Virus record (IMG/VR): IMGVR_UViG_3300037397_000012
Source of the DNA: an uncultured virus (IMG/VR IMGVR_UViG_3300037397_000012)
Taxonomy: Duplodnaviria; Heunggongvirae; Uroviricota; Caudoviricetes
DNA length: 64,000 nt
Reading direction: 5' to 3' (one strand)
In this document: piece after piece, positions 12,646 through 28,441 of the stretch
How the letters are laid out: each line of letters opens with the position of its first letter
How positions within the stretch are numbered: the first letter of the stretch is position 1
The notes under the pieces: model-generated
What the model was told of the DNA's origin: nothing
What the model saw: only the letters and a program-made list of their open reading frames with translations
The model's database searches: none
Position numbers and translations under genes: made by a program

Positions 12646-15600
12646 TTATTCTGTATAATTAAATGGTAAATCAGATATAAGATTAGTTCTAGCTCTTCAA
12701 TATTTAACTTTAGGTCTATATTTTATTTTCTCTATCTTTGGTGCTTTTTTCTCTTTAAATTTATATTTCATTGTTTCTAGTTTCTCCTGTTTCCTTGTTT
12801 GTGTTAATCAAGCCTCTTTTATTCATCAGAACTCATTTTTATTTACTTCATCTACTGCTCTTTGTAATACATATTTTCAATATTCCTTCATAGGTCAAAA
12901 TCTAAATGGGTTTATATTAAACAAATTTTCTTTAACATAATTTTGAACTCTATTAGTATATGCTATTGGATCTCTATCTAATAAGTCTTCATTATCTTTT
13001 ATAAATTGTTTAAGTGGTTCTGTTGTTTTAGAAAAATTAGGTCTTCATCCTGCTCAATATGAGGTCTTTCTTCAATTATTATATTTAGGTTTAAAATAAC
13101 TACTTCACTTCCGTTTTCAACTTTTATTTGTTTTTTTTCAATATGCAGCATTTCAAAATTGATTAGCTAATGTTCAAGAATCAAAATCATATGCGGTTTT
13201 ATCAAGCGAATAAGCCAAGTTAACAACTGCTCTATTAAAAGGATATATGCTATTCATAAATTTTTCATCATCTCTTAACCTATTAAAATTCTTGTCAGAT
13301 ATAAAATTAACTGAAGCTGTTAACATTGTTACTTTATCTTTATTAGACATTCAAGAAAACATCATAGCTTTAAAAGCATTCTTCAATACTAATGCTCACT
13401 TATCTGAATCTACAACATATCTTGTTGCTTCTGCTAATTTATTTCTATAATATTTAGCTGTATCTTTTCAAGCTTTTACATCATCTGTCATTATCTTATA
13501 TATCTCTCATTCTTGTTTAATACTGTTTATTATTTTATTCTTATCATCATTATCAAGATTACTATATGAATCAATTACATCTTTATGATTAGCTCTTACT
13601 TCTCATCATAATATAATTCACATTAATCAAGCATCATTATTGAAAAGATCTTTATGTTTAATTAATGATTCTCTTTTTAATTGTAAATTTATTTCTGGTT
13701 CTAATTCATATGGATCTGGTTTACTGTTTTCATTTGCATAATCAATTTTTCTCTGTTTTAAATCTTCTGTATATAAAAAGTTAAGAACTTCTGATGTTGT
13801 TATTCAAGATTCATGTGATCTAAATAATAAATTTTTATATGACGACTTAGACCTTTCTCATTTTAAATCATTCCGTTTTTTATTTATATATCTTCTAAAT
13901 TCTGCTTCTTTCATCTTTCATTTAGTAAATCACTTATTTACTCATTCTCATTCAATATTAGCTAATGATCTAAGTATGTCTGCCCTTATCTTGTCTATCT
14001 TTCAAAAATAAGCTGGTTCTCATTTTATTGTTTTAACTTTTCATCAATCATCAGCTACCTCTGTTTCTCAAGAAAGTCATATATATTTATCTAATTCCTC
14101 TATATTTAATTTTTGTTCTTCTGTTATTTTATCTCATATTTTTCAAGTATATCTAGTGAAATCATATTGATTTTCCAAATCTCATATTCAATTACTTTCA
14201 AGTTTTTTTACATTTTCATCTTCTCTAACTTTATTAATAATATCAAAGAAGGCTCTATTTTCTCAAATAATTGTTCTATCTCTTATATTAAAAAAATCAA
14301 TTAATGTTTTTACAAATCATTTAGATTCATAAGTAGCTGCAGATCTTTGTCATGCAAATTCATCTTCTAATCTTTCATATTCTGTAAATGATCATAATCA
14401 TAACATTGATATTCACATACTATTTCAATATTTATTTCATATATCTTCTGAAAATTCTAGTCACGAATTTACAGCAAATACCGCAGAAAAATTATGCAAT
14501 ACTTGATCTATTGATTCCCACCACTTATTTCATTCATAATCATCTGGTAAATAATCATGGTATTTAATTATCTCATTTCCTACATCTATCATCTGTAATG
14601 TTCTAAAATATCTTGTTATAGCTTTAGATGATACATATCATATTGTATCTCAAGTTCATAAATCTAATGCTTGTGCATCTTTAAAACTATCAATATATAC
14701 TCAAGTTAATATATCAAATCATACTAATGTATTATGCATTGATCTTACAAAATCTGATATGTTTGTTTTATCATCTACATCTTTATTGTATTGTTCTATC
14801 TTTAGTCACAATGCTGTAATTGTTGTTAATAATCTTGCTTGATAAGTAAATGACCTATAAACATCTTTGAAATTATTCATTGCCTGTTCTAGGCTTCTTT
14901 CTTTTGTTATTCATAATAAATAATTTAATCAAGTGAATACTTGTCAAGCATCTTCTATTCTTGATAATACTTTATTTATTCACCAGTTTCATAAAAATCA
15001 AACTCAACTATTCCAAGTCTGAAATAAATATCTAGTCATTCATCACTCATTTCAATAAGCATTATTAAATGTTAATTTATTAGCTTTATATAATGCATCC
15101 TTAGAAGATACTCATCATCATAAATCATTGTATACTATTCTTGCTTCACTAGAAAATCTTGCTAAAAATTCTTCTCTTCATACTTTTCATAATGACTCTG
15201 CTCTTATTACAAAGTCTTCGTATGATTTAATTCATAATCTTTCCATTACAGAAGCTGTTGATGCTATTCTTCTACTATGATCCATTGGAGCATCAAATGC
15301 GGCTAACGAGTTATTTATTACTTGATTTATAGCATTAAGTGTAGTTACTGTATTTTCTAAATTTTTATCACTAAATATTTTATTTATAATATCATATTGT
15401 CATAATTTTCATTCTCTTATTCTTCTAGCAAACATTGGTAATTTTTCTTGATAAAGTAATCAAACATGTTTTGCTATTGCATTTTCTGTACTTTCTAATC
15501 AAGATATTTCAAATCATAAAGTATTTTCCATACTTAATAATCAAAATCTTTTATTCACAGCTTCTGCTTCAACTGCCAATCATGTGTTTGCAATTAATGT

Positions 15601-18600
15601 TCTTGTTTCTAATAATTGTCATGTTACTTGTGTCATTCAAGCCATTATTCATCAAGCTCATAAAAATAAACTTGGTAAAGTATATCTAGCTGAATAATAA
15701 AGATTATGAAAAAATCATAAGAAGTTTCATACTTTATCATTCTCTTTTCTTACCATTAAAGAATATAATGTTTGTCATCTTGATAAATCAATTTTATCTC
15801 ATATCTTAGCAAAATAATCAACTACTTTTTCTTTTGTATTTAATCAAAAAGAATTTAATAATAGACTATGATCTCATTTAATTGAATTAAGTATATCTTC
15901 TATCAAGGAAGTTCTAGCTGTTTTATCTTTCTCTTTATAATATTTTCCTTTTCATTTATATTCTCTTAAAAAATTTATCTCTCAAGGAAATTTATCTTGT
16001 GTTACATTCATTATATTAACAATCTTTGTTAATGAATCATCATAGTATTCCTTCAGTCTACTATTAAATAAATCATCGTTAAATATTGGTAAATCACTTC
16101 AATAAGCCCTTACTTCTTCATTCATTCTATCTATCATTCCTTTTTTTATATCTTCTATGCTTGGTAATACATATTTTCATTCTTCTATTCAGATTCAATC
16201 TTGCACTACAGAATTAATCATATCAATTATATAATCAGCTCTATTACTATTTCAAAATAAATTTCAAAACCTCTTTCATGATAAAACTTTATCTACCCTA
16301 CTTCATATCGCTCATTGATAAACTAAACTCTTTCTTCTAAGTTCTACTACTCACATTTGCATATATAAATTTTCTATTTTACTTAATCTTTGTATTATTT
16401 CTGGATTTGTTCTTTTTACATCTGTTATCCATTTTCTTGCTATACATTTGTCTCTAGTTGTTTGTAAATAATTACTAACTCACATTATTTCAGTTAATAT
16501 CTCCTCATTAAATTCAGGTTTAAAAAATGATAAATAAATTCATTTTGGTTCTTGAATTGATGTATTCTTTTGTAATATATTAAATAGATCTAATGTTTTT
16601 TTCTCTGCCGCAAATTCTGGTATTTTTATTTTTTCTAATCTTTTGTTTATCTCTTCATTCAATATTTGTATTTCATTATCTAATAATTCTTTTTCCTTTT
16701 CTAAAGCTGGCTCAAAATTTTTACTATGCTCTATTGCTTCTTTATACATTGTCTCAATATCTTGTTCTGTTTTTCATTCTAGTATTTTAGAATCTATAAC
16801 TCTTTTAGATCTTTTCTCTTCTGCATATTTTATATATTCTACTAAGTCACTATCATTTAAGTAGTCTGCCATTCATAGTATTTTGTCACCATGTAATTTC
16901 TTAAACTCTTGTCACTGGTCTTTTGTTAGTGTCTTTGAATATAATGCTAACTTATACCTTTGTTCTTTTTTTAAATTTCAAGATTTTAATAACTTTTCAA
17001 TTCATCATTTTTTTGTTACAGCACTTTTAACTATAGGATCTTTTAATAATACATCTTGTATCCATTCTTTTTGTCATTTAGATAAATATATTAAATCATC
17101 TATATAGTTATCTCAACTACTGTATGAATTAAAATATCACCCTCTTAACCCATATTCTGCTACAAATCTTTCTTTTAATTGACTTACTGTTGATTTCTTT
17201 CAAGCCATATTTCATTCAAGTAATCTATTTAATAGAAACTTTTCAGAACTAGTAAACATTATTGAATCATGTATTGGTCTATACATAGATTCTAAATGAT
17301 TATATAATTCTTTTTTATTTCAACTAAGATTTCATAATGCATCTCTAAGTTGTCGTGAGTTGTTTGCTTTTGGTATTGATCATAAGAATTCAGTATTATA
17401 AGATGTTGATATTGTTCATACTTTATTCATTATATCTGCTTTTTTTTCTACGTCTGTTGTTTTAAATAATCTCTCAACTAATGGATTATACCAATCTTTA
17501 TCAAATGAATCTTTTCATGAGTTTCAAAAATCAATTGTTAATTGAGTTATAGATGCTGAATCTCTATGGAAATCATCATCAAATCTATTTATAAACTCTC
17601 TTAGATTCTTTCTATTTATTTCTCATCATGTTCAAATATTAAGAAGTGATTTTATATTTGGATTTATTGTATCCAAGTATCTTTTTAGTTTTATATTATC
17701 TGTTATTGTGTTTATCTTTTCTGCATGATATCTAAGTATATTAAATGTTCTTATTGTAGCTTGTACAACTCATATATTATACTTAGCTTCTAAAGCTGCA
17801 TTTCTTGAATCTACTATTGAAGCCTTAGATGCCTTTTTAAGTTTTCACTTTTCTACTTGATCAACCATTATAAATCTACTTGGTTTTTCTTTTATACTTT
17901 CAACTAAAGCCTTATGAGTTCATGGTGTTATTATTTCAGGATTAAAAAACTTATCATACTTTGATGTTAGATCTATTTGTTGTTTTGATAAAGGTATATT
18001 TTCTAATGCTCTAGCTATTATATTTGTATATTTATCATGTATTCAAGATACAAATATATGGTCTCAGTCACTATCAGATTCTAATTTTAAATAAGCCGTT
18101 TCAGGATTTGTTATAATTGCATGATCACTTATGTTATCAAATATTCTTATCTGGAATGTTCATGGATTATATTTATTTGATACTGGATATCTAATTGCAA
18201 CAACTTGATAGTCTGATTCTTTTAAGACTCTCTCAGCTTCTATTAATTGTTCTTGTAATTTTTTTACTGATTTATTTTGTGACTTCAATTCTTCTATTCA
18301 TAAATTCAAATCTTTTATAATTTTCTTCTGATTATTTTCTAGTTGTTTAAATAATTTTGAATTCTTATTTATTCCTATTTCATTTGGTGTTACATCATGA
18401 GAACATTTATAATGATAGAATGATTGTCATTCTCATCTATTCTTGTTTATTATTTGACTAGCTTCTGATAAAAATGTATCTACTTTAGATTGAATAACTT
18501 CATCAGAAAATTTACCTATTCAAGTTCATGATGTTACATTTTGTATGAAAGCATTTAAATCTCAATATCATAATTGCCCTATTTCTTTTTCTGTTAATTT

Positions 18601-21600
18601 TGTTTTAAATGTTTCAAATAGATTCTCTAATTCTTGCATTTGTACAGCCTTAAAAGAATCTTGATACTCTGGTCAATATTTAATAATAACAGAATCATTT
18701 ATTGTTATATCCTCATAAGAATCTCATTCTTCTGCTGCATTCTTAAACCATGATTTATTTGCATTATCTACTTTTCATAATACTTGATATTTATCATATT
18801 GTTTTGTTTCAGGATTATATCTTTCTATTATCTTTTGTTCTTTTTCTTTATATGGCTTATATCATCCATTAAGTTTAGCTGAACTTTCTCAAATTAATAC
18901 TGTATCTTTTAATACTTTGTCTCATTCTTTTAAATCTCAAAAGTTTATAAGATTCTTTCATAAAAAGTTTTCTCAGTTAGAACTTCAAGCTATATGAGTT
19001 TTAATCTCATTTAATTTATCTTTTCAATTAATTATAGCTAATTCATCTCATAAATTCTGTGATGCATGTGATGTTCAATCTTCTAAATCAGTTCAGTATT
19101 TTTTTCTTAATGCATCATAATAGTTTAATAATGCTGATCTATTATCATCTACATCTGGATTGTATCATGCATTATTAAGAACCATAGTGTATTCAATTCA
19201 TTCTGGTGTATCTACTCAATATCTTTCTAAGTCTACTGATGATAATTCATTATATCTATCTTTTGCTAGTAAGTATTCTGGATTTGTCTCATATTTAGAT
19301 ATTGACTTAAATTCATTTAAAGATGTTAATAATTCATCTTTATTCTTTATCCATTCTTTTCTTTTATATAAGTTGTCATTAATCGCATTATCAATAAGCA
19401 TGTCTGTAACATCTATCTTATTTCAATATATTGTTGAGTATATTTTATTATCTCATATTGATTTCTTTAATATCTTATTTAATTCATTTTTTACTTTATC
19501 AAAGTTTCTTAATTCAGTTAATCAAAATTGTGTCTCATCTATTATTTCTTTAACCACATAAAGATCTACATCTCATTTAACATCATCAAACAATGAATGC
19601 GTTGATGTATATGATGCTTCTCTTTTTCTTATATTTGCTATTGCTTGAGCTAGTCACCATTCGTCAGCTTTATTTTTTCAGTATACAATTTTATCTCATT
19701 CCCATTTAGGTAACCCTCATTGTTGAAGTCATAAAGGTATTTCTAATTCTATAACTTTCTTTCTGAAATCATCATAAGAACTAAATGTATTTTTCAATAA
19801 ATCATCAACATTGTTTTTTAATAGATCATTATTTTTAAATCATGCTGAAATGGCATAATCAATAAATCATAAGTCTTCAATTATCTTTCAATAATTCTCT
19901 GGTGTTATTTTTTTAGATCAAGTTGTTACTTCTTTTTTTATCTCTTTCTTGATTATTTCTGGCTCTATTCAGAAACGATCTAAAAAACTTTTATCTTTTC
20001 TATTTTGATTTAATCTAAATATTATTTGTTCTTTTATTAATCCCTTATTTTTATTTGATATCTTACTTACATCATTTCATATATTATTAATTTTTTCAAT
20101 TAACTCTGTTCAGTTTTCAGTAATCCCTATTATTAATCCATTAACTCAATCTGAAACTATTCAAATTTCTGCTCATATTTTATTACTCTTGATTTCTAAT
20201 CATTCTACTTCAATCTCTTTTCAGTCACTAGTTAATAAGTTATATTTCTTTTTTTTGTTTTTTATTCTTAAATCTTTTTTATCTATATTAATTTTGACAT
20301 CAAGACTAGTTTCAATTATTTCCTTTTTTCTTTCTTTTCATAATTTTAATTTCTTATTTGAATATATAAGTCAAAACCCTGACTTATCTCAGAAACCTCA
20401 CATGTATATTTCTCACTTACCAAGTCCTAACTTTTTCCTTATTGTATCTCTTAATTCTTTATTATTTCTCTTTCAGTTTATTGTATCAATAATAAATCTA
20501 TATTTTTCTATTTCATCAAGAACTCAAAAACATTCTTTTCTTATATCTTTATTTCAATTAAATACTTTTATTTTATTCTCATTACTTAAATCTTTTCATA
20601 GCAAAAGATTTACTCTCTGTTTCATTTTTAATTTACTATCAATATCTCATGTATAATATATAAGTTTATCCATTGAAGATATTTTTTCAACTGCACTAAA
20701 TCATTGTCACTTATCTATTATTCAATCATTTACTAGTTTCTTACCAACCTGTTTTCTGTGTAATCTCTTATGTAACTTACTTACTTCTCATCATGTCAAT
20801 AGTTTACTGACATTCTTAGTGTCAGCTCACGTTATATATTTAAAGTTTCAATTTGAATTCTTTTTTATATCATTCCACATTATTGGAACTTCTTGAGGTC
20901 ATATGTCACTTACTTTTGTTGTATCATATTCTATATATTTTCAAGACTTATTAGAAAATCATTCTTTAGCTTTACTTAATGAAAAGCTTCACTCAGTATT
21001 AAGCCTTTTAATTCTTTTAAATTGCTTTCTTAATTTTCAATCTTTAAGTATATCATCAATAAGCTCATCTGTTATGTTTGTCTTTTTTCAGTCAACCATA
21101 GCATATGTTTTCTTATCTCACATTACTTTAGTTAACATTTCTCTTAATTCCTTATCAACTTCTTTCTTAACTTCTTTTGGTGTCACCACCTTTCATTTAG
21201 AATAAGAAGACTCATTTAATATTTTGTTTAATTTCTTATCATCAAAATAAAGATTATCTATAAACTTATTTAATTTACTTCAACTCTTATTATAAGAATC
21301 TAATAATGTTTCTCACTTCTTTATTCAGAATTCTTTATTGAAATTATCTACATAAACTTTATTAGATTCATTAACATCTGATCTAATTATTCAGTCATAG
21401 AACTCTTTATAAACAGGATTGTTTTCTTTTGCTTGTTCATAATTAAATACACCATCAACTCTGTTTTGAATATTCTCTTTTAACTTATTGTAATTAATAT
21501 CAGTTAATCATGCATCTGGTTTTGCTAGATTATCAAGATAAGAAGTTATAAAATCTTTATAAGCTTGACTATAATACTTCGCATCCTTTGTTCATTTTAT

Positions 21601-24600
21601 TTCTTTTAGTATATCTAGAGTTCAGAGTTCAGCTTTCTTTTTTATATTTTCCATTCTTTTTATTAATCTCTCTCATTCATCTTTTATAATATCTCTCTTT
21701 TTTTCTTTCTCTAATAAATCTTCATAAGCTTTATATGTTTTACTTTTAGTTATCCTCTCTTCATTTAGTAATATATCTCTAGCTATTGTTTGTCTATAAT
21801 TGTTTATTCTTTTAAGATTTGTTTCATTTGTATAAAGTTGAGTTCTTGCTTTTATAAATCAATCTAATCATTCCTTCTCTATATTCTTTTTATTTTTAAC
21901 TAATAATCTTAAATCTTTTTTTAATGCTTTAAGATATTCATCCATTTCTCATCTAGATCTATATTTTCATAAATCCCTTAATTCCTTTTCTATTTTTTTT
22001 ATATCTTGTTTTCTTAATTGAATAGCTGATTCATGTTTAGATATATTATTCTCATACTCTATTCTTAGTGTTTCTTTTATTTTCTTTGAATAAGGTGATT
22101 TCACAGTTTTAGATAGTCAATCAACTATTGTATCGCTCATTAACATTCTTCATAAAACACTTTCAAATTCTTTATCTGGTATTGCTTCATCAAAGAACTT
22201 TTTAATTTTGTCTATATTTCAAAAATAATTATAAGCAAAATTCTTTAGTATGTTATCATCCACAACATCTCATTCAAATACATTATCTTTTAAAAACTTA
22301 GATACTTCATCAAATCTTTTAAATTCTTTTTCTCAAACATCTTTAAATGAATTTTTAATTACATTCATTGTTTCTTCAAATGTTTCTCATACATCTTCTA
22401 TGTTTAAATATTTAATAGCACTTTCTACATCTATATATCAATCTGCATTAAATTTTCAATAAGACTCTAGTTTTTTTATAATATTAGAACTTCATTCAAT
22501 ATATTGTTTTATTATTGATTTATCTTTAATATTAACTTTTGCCTTATTTGATAGTCATTTAATAAATGAATTGTGTTCTAATTTCTTTCATGGTAATAAA
22601 TATGCTATTTTATTTTTATATTCTTTAAAGTTCTTTTCTCATGGACTTCAAAAGGCAAAACTAAAATAAGCATCTTTATCTAATCATGTTTGGATTATCT
22701 TATCTCAAGATAAACTCTTAACTCATAAATCTATCGGTGTCTTTGCTATAAGCTCATCTCAATAATAAGCCCTCATTGCATCTTCAAATATTCATATCTC
22801 TTGCCTTGATAACTCTTCTATTTCATCTTTTGATAAATTTGTTTTACTTAATGGTGTAGTATATGCATACTCACCATTAATTGCTTTTGATAATTGTTCA
22901 TTTATATTTTTTTCAACTTTAGAAATGCTATAAAATTTATCTGATACTTTTCATTTATCATCAATGTATTTAGCTTTAGATAATCACTCTTTAAGTTTAT
23001 TAATTTTTTCAGTTATATCTGGCAAACTAACTATATCTTTTATTTGTTTATTAGATGTTTTATTGCTTGTAAAAGAATAAAGTGATCACTCTGTTGCGAC
23101 ATCTGGTACCTTAACCTCCTTTCTAACTTTATCATCTACAAATTTTAAATCAATTATTCAATCTGCTACTATCTCACTAAAATCTTTTCATTTCATTTTT
23201 TCTAAATCTTTTATTCATATTGATATCTTATTGTTTGTAACTGTATCATAAAGTATAACTTGTTCATTTTGATTTGAGAATTTTCTAATTGCTGGTACTA
23301 AATTATCCATTAACTTATCTACTTCTTTATAAAAAGCTTTTTTTCATTTGTTATTTTCTAATTGTTCTACTTGTTTAATTAAACTTGCTCTTGTTTCTGC
23401 CGCTCATTCTCATTTATAATCCATAAGTAAATCTCTCCATATTCTGTTCTCTTTTTTAATTCACTTTCAAGCAACAAAGTTTTTAATTGTTTTTATCTCA
23501 TTATCTATTATTTGAGAATATACTTTCTTATTAACATCTGATATTCATTTTTGTGTCATATTTTTATGAACTGAATATAGTAAGTCTTCTGTATCTATCT
23601 TCTTTCATAATATATCGCTAACCTCAACTCATATTCATCAGTCTATAAACTTCTTTATTTTTGTTTCATTAGCTACCCTTAATGAGTCACTAACAAAATT
23701 ATATAGTTCTCATCTTGATAAATAATCTCTTTGTGCTCTAGCTCATATAGATTTAAGTGATAATTCTCATTCTCTAAATAATTGTATTCATTGTTTTCTT
23801 GTTATTTTTAATCATGTTTTTTGATAATAATGTTTTATAAAATTATCAAGTGCAGCCGCTGATTCTGTTCATTCTTTAAATACTTTATTAAAAAAGTATG
23901 AAGATCATCATTGGTATCATTTTTTTAGTGCCCATCACTTTACAGCTCATACTGTATCAAATCAAAAATCAAATACTATATCAGTTGTCATATTAAATAA
24001 CATTTGCTCTTTACTTGCTGCATCTCATCATAATCTATCAAAGATAGGATTAGTTGTTACTCCTGATGTAACTGATTCAACAATCATACTAGATGCTTTT
24101 GTTGTTGTATCATAAAGTCATCTTCAAAAAACTGATAATCATCTAACTCAAGTATTAATTGTTCATAATAATACAGGAGCTTTTGTTGCAGCAATTGAAG
24201 ATAAAGCTTCAGTAGCCTTAGCCAAATAAGTTGCTCATCTAGGAGTTATCTCAGTTAGCTTTTCTCATCATTTAATTAATGCTGTTCACACTCATGATGA
24301 TACTCAAGAAGCTGTTCTAGTTATTCATGATCATATTGCAGATCATCAAAATGTTGTAGCTAAAATTCAAGGAATACTATTAGTGTTATAAAATAACATA
24401 GATGGAATACTTTCCCAGTATGTATCATATGTATATCTAAGAGTTCTAACTTCCCTTGCTATTTGTGCTTGTCTTTCTAATTCCTTTGCCTCTAATTCTA
24501 CTCATGGAACAATAGTCGCTCAATAAGAAGATACTTTATCTGTCGCCTTTCTTACTCAATACTCAACTGCTGTTGCTGTAGAATATATTGTTTGTAATAC

Positions 24601-26535
24601 TCACATTCAAGCATTAGAGAATGATTCTTTAAATTCTCATTCACTAAGATTTTTAAAAGACTTAGCATATTCTCTCATTGATCATTCCATTTTTAATATA
24701 CCTTGAAACTTTGTTTTAAGATCTGTTATAGATGATAATGATTCTTTTTCCTCTTCTGTTAACATTATATTAACCCTGTCATCAGCTATATTCATTAATT
24801 TATCAGCTGACATATTCCTGTATTTTTTCTGTTGTCTAAGCTCAGCCATTGTTTCATATACTCTCTTAGAATATTTTTTTCTTGCATCAAATCATTCAAG
24901 TAATTTTTTATAATCTGTTATAAGAATAGTATCATTATCTTTGTTATATCAGATTAATCATTCTATTTGATCCTTGATTCATACTGCATATGTTACATCT
25001 TCAACTGACATATCTACTATTTTTTCAAATAGTTTTTCTCATTCTTTAGATGTAGCAAATCATGGGTTCTTAGCTTTCATTTCTTTTAGTCACTTATCTT
25101 CTTCTATAGATGTTTTAATTACTCTTCCTATTTTATTTAAATTATTACTAAGGTATTCTAATTCTTTTTCTTTTCTTTTTTCTTCCATAAATTCCTCTCA
25201 AGTTTGTCATTCTTTAACATTAAATACTTTTGTTGTAAAATCTTCATATTCTTTTATCTGTTCTTCTTTCACTTTACTTAATTCATTTAATCTATTAAAT
25301 GACTCATTTGTATTTAGATTAGTTGATACATTTTTTATTATGTCTTCTGTAGTTCATATCTTTCTTAATATTTTATCCTGTAATTTCTTTTGTTCTTGCT
25401 GATTATTTAAGTCTCATTTAAAATTCTGTGTCTCTTTATAATATTCACTTATATATTTATTATAAGTTTCATAATCTTTATTTCATTGAAGATTATTTAA
25501 TTGAGTCTTAATTTTTGATTCTGTATCATTTACATTATTTTGTAAATCATAAATCTTATCTGTGATTACTCTTTTATATGCTCATCAAGTAGTTTCAAAA
25601 AATCATGGATCTACAATATTACTTATATCATCCATCTTTTTTAACTCATCTACTGGTTTAATATAGTCATCAAACTCTCACTTTCATGTTACATAATCTT
25701 TTCAAGCAATAGCTCAAGCTTTAACTAAATCTCAAAATTGATCATAGTAATCTCATGTAGATACATTTTCAAACTCTTTTCTTATTTGTTTTGTATCCTT
25801 AGTTTCTAATGGAGTATATAAACTAACTAAATTATCTAGTTCTTTTAGTTTGTCTTTTCAATAAATTGAATTTTTATTTACATTACTTTCTGATCAAAAT
25901 GTTCAAAGTCACAACCTAAAATACTCTGGCATTTTTCCTGCAGTATAGAACATATCTTTACCAAGTTGAGAAACTACTCATAATTTTTCTGTAATAGAAT
26001 CTTTTATAACTGGTGCAACCTCTTTAGTTGTATCAATAGGATTTGAAACAAATCAAGATATATTTCAAGCTATATTCTGAGCAATTGATTTTTCTATTCA
26101 AGACCCTGAATAATCTTTAAGGTATTCTCATAATACATCAGTTGCCTTATCTCCTGCATCTACTGTAACTTTAATTTCAGCTGTAAGTGGATCTTTAGCT
26201 ACATCTCATAAATAAGAAACAACTTGTCCTGTAACTCATCATATCTCTTTTCACTTTTCCTCTATAGCTCTTCATCACAAGTCTGTAACTATATCTAATG
26301 TTTGACCTACTTCTTTAGCTGATTGCACTATTCATTTCTCTTTTATCTGCTCGGCTCACTCTCTAAGTTTCAATGTTTTATCATCTAACTCTTTTACCTT
26401 TTCTCAAACTATTGATGGTGTATCTTTTATTGACTGCTTAATTCATTTACTTTGTATTTGCTCAATTCATTCGCTAAGTTTTAATGTATCATCTATTGAC
26501 TCTCAAATATCTTTAAAAAAATCTTTTACTCACAT
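12646..26535 (-). CDS. Giant (~4,629 aa) predicted virion protein with two-barrel RNA polymerase domain
   Basis: Start, stop and track fragments 16540-16749 and 19216-19401 share one frame (not every codon checked); motifs EDGTSHAS, YGKNL, ESSAKL, IRYP and NPETAYLKLESDSDGDHIF (DSDGD at 18061-18075). Confidence 0.75.
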
Positions 26536-26553
26536 AATTATTTTTGTTAATTA

Positions 26554-26949
26554 TTATTTAATATATCTTACAATATCTTCTATATTTTCTATTTTTATTT
26601 TATTACACCGCATTTTTTCAAGTATATGTTTATATTTTGTGTCCTCTTTATAAAGTATAACTATATTTTTATAAATTTCAAAATATCTATTTAATCTAAA
26701 AATAGCCATTTTGTAATCTACACTAATCTTGTTATTGTTAACCATTAAGTCTAATACATAAAAAAGTGAATTGAAAAAAACTCAATTATTATAATATAAT
26801 TGAGCAAATAACAATCCAAATCTTTCCATACAGCTATTTCTATCTAGTCCATTGTATTCTTCTATAACATCATAATACATAATATCTTCATCAATAACTT
26901 CAATCAAATCTTCTCTGGTGTATCATAGAACTATTATTTTATTTTTCAT
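26554..26949 (-). CDS. Hypothetical protein, 131 aa
   Basis: Track ORF 26554-26745 extended upstream through TGA to ATG at 26949. Confidence 0.6.
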
Positions 26950-27421
26950 TTATTGTTTTTTTATAAATTTCCTCAAAAGCTTTATATTCTTTTGTTTCAT
27001 TATATTTTAACATTAACTTTAATGTCAATGTTGTTGTCATCATTTCTTCGTATACTAATATATGATTCCACATTGAATCATAAGCTGATCATGATAAAGA
27101 AATCTCTAATGAATTTTTATATTCTTCCATATATCAACTTCATGCTCAACAAAATATATGAAGTATTTCATGTAATATTGTTTGAAATATTTCTTCAAAA
27201 TCTTTATTTAATTCTGTAATAAAATACTTTCAATTAACTTTGATCTTAGCTATCATATGGTTATAATCACATACAGATAATTGTCACATTGAATTATTTC
27301 ACTCAATATTTTCTGGTGTTAGTGATATTCTCCACATATTAAATCATAAATCATTTTTTATAAAATCTTTTATATTCCGATATAAATCAACTAGATCCTC
27401 AGTTTTTTTATATTTATCCAT
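26939..27421 (-). CDS. HEXXH zinc metallopeptidase-like protein, 160 aa
   Basis: TILHEILHIF at ~27152-27181 with downstream YEEMM. Confidence 0.6.
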
Positions 27422-27741
27422 TACTTTTTTATTTATTAATATAAACTATTTTTATTAATTTAATTCATCAAACTTAAAACTATCAGGTTTATATCATCTA
27501 AATTTATTATCATTATTTAAACAACATGGTTTTCAATTTATATGTAACCTAAATCTTTTTCTATATTTATATATTTTAAGCATTTTTATTATGTTAAAAA
27601 AATATTGTCTAATTTAAATAATATATAAGGGCGTCTTTCTTTGATTTAGGATATAAACTTCATTATTAATCTAAAGCTTCTCAAATCTTCAAAAAACACC
27701 CTTATTTTTAATTTACTTATTTTTGTATAACTTTTCTCTTA

Positions 27742-28425
27742 TTATATAAGAGAAAGTATCTTTTTTTCTTCCATTGGGTTTCATCATCATGCAAATTTAA
27801 ATTTAGCAGCTTCAAATATAACTTTCCTCTTTTTAGGAAACTTATGTTTCTTAGTTGCATATTCTAAATCTATTTTTTCATTCTCATCAAATATTCATGA
27901 TTCCATTAATTCATTTAACTTCTCTTTATTTAATCAGTTACAATAACTATCAGTTGTAACCTCTACCATATCTCACTGTTTATTTTCATAAACAAGTAGA
28001 GCGTCTTTATTCTTTGTACAACTCTTTACACTAAAAACTAAATCCATTTTCTCCATATTTCATCTAGCAAAAGCTTGGAAATATTTAAATTGTGGATTAT
28101 CATCTTTTTTATGTAACTTAGTTGCAAGATACGAAGCTGTATAAGCTGTAGCCTTTTTAAGTGCTGATATAACAAATGCTGTATCTCTAGACATTACTCA
28201 TAGTTTCAATAAGTGTGAATCAAATTTATTCTTATTAAACTTATCCACCTTGTATTGTTCTATACACATAACTCAATGATATTTCAACATGGCAACACAT
28301 CTACAAAATAACTCTAGTATATTATCAAAATTATTAGTTTTGAATACAATTAAGTCATTTACTATTTTTGCAGGTTGTATATTTATCATAGGAATATACG
28401 GTCTAGACTCTTCAAATAAATTCAT
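27742..28425 (-). CDS. Hypothetical protein, ~227 aa
   Basis: Open code-25 frame from ATG AAT TTA TTT GAA. Confidence 0.55.
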
Positions 28426-28441
28426 ATATAAATGTTAAGAA

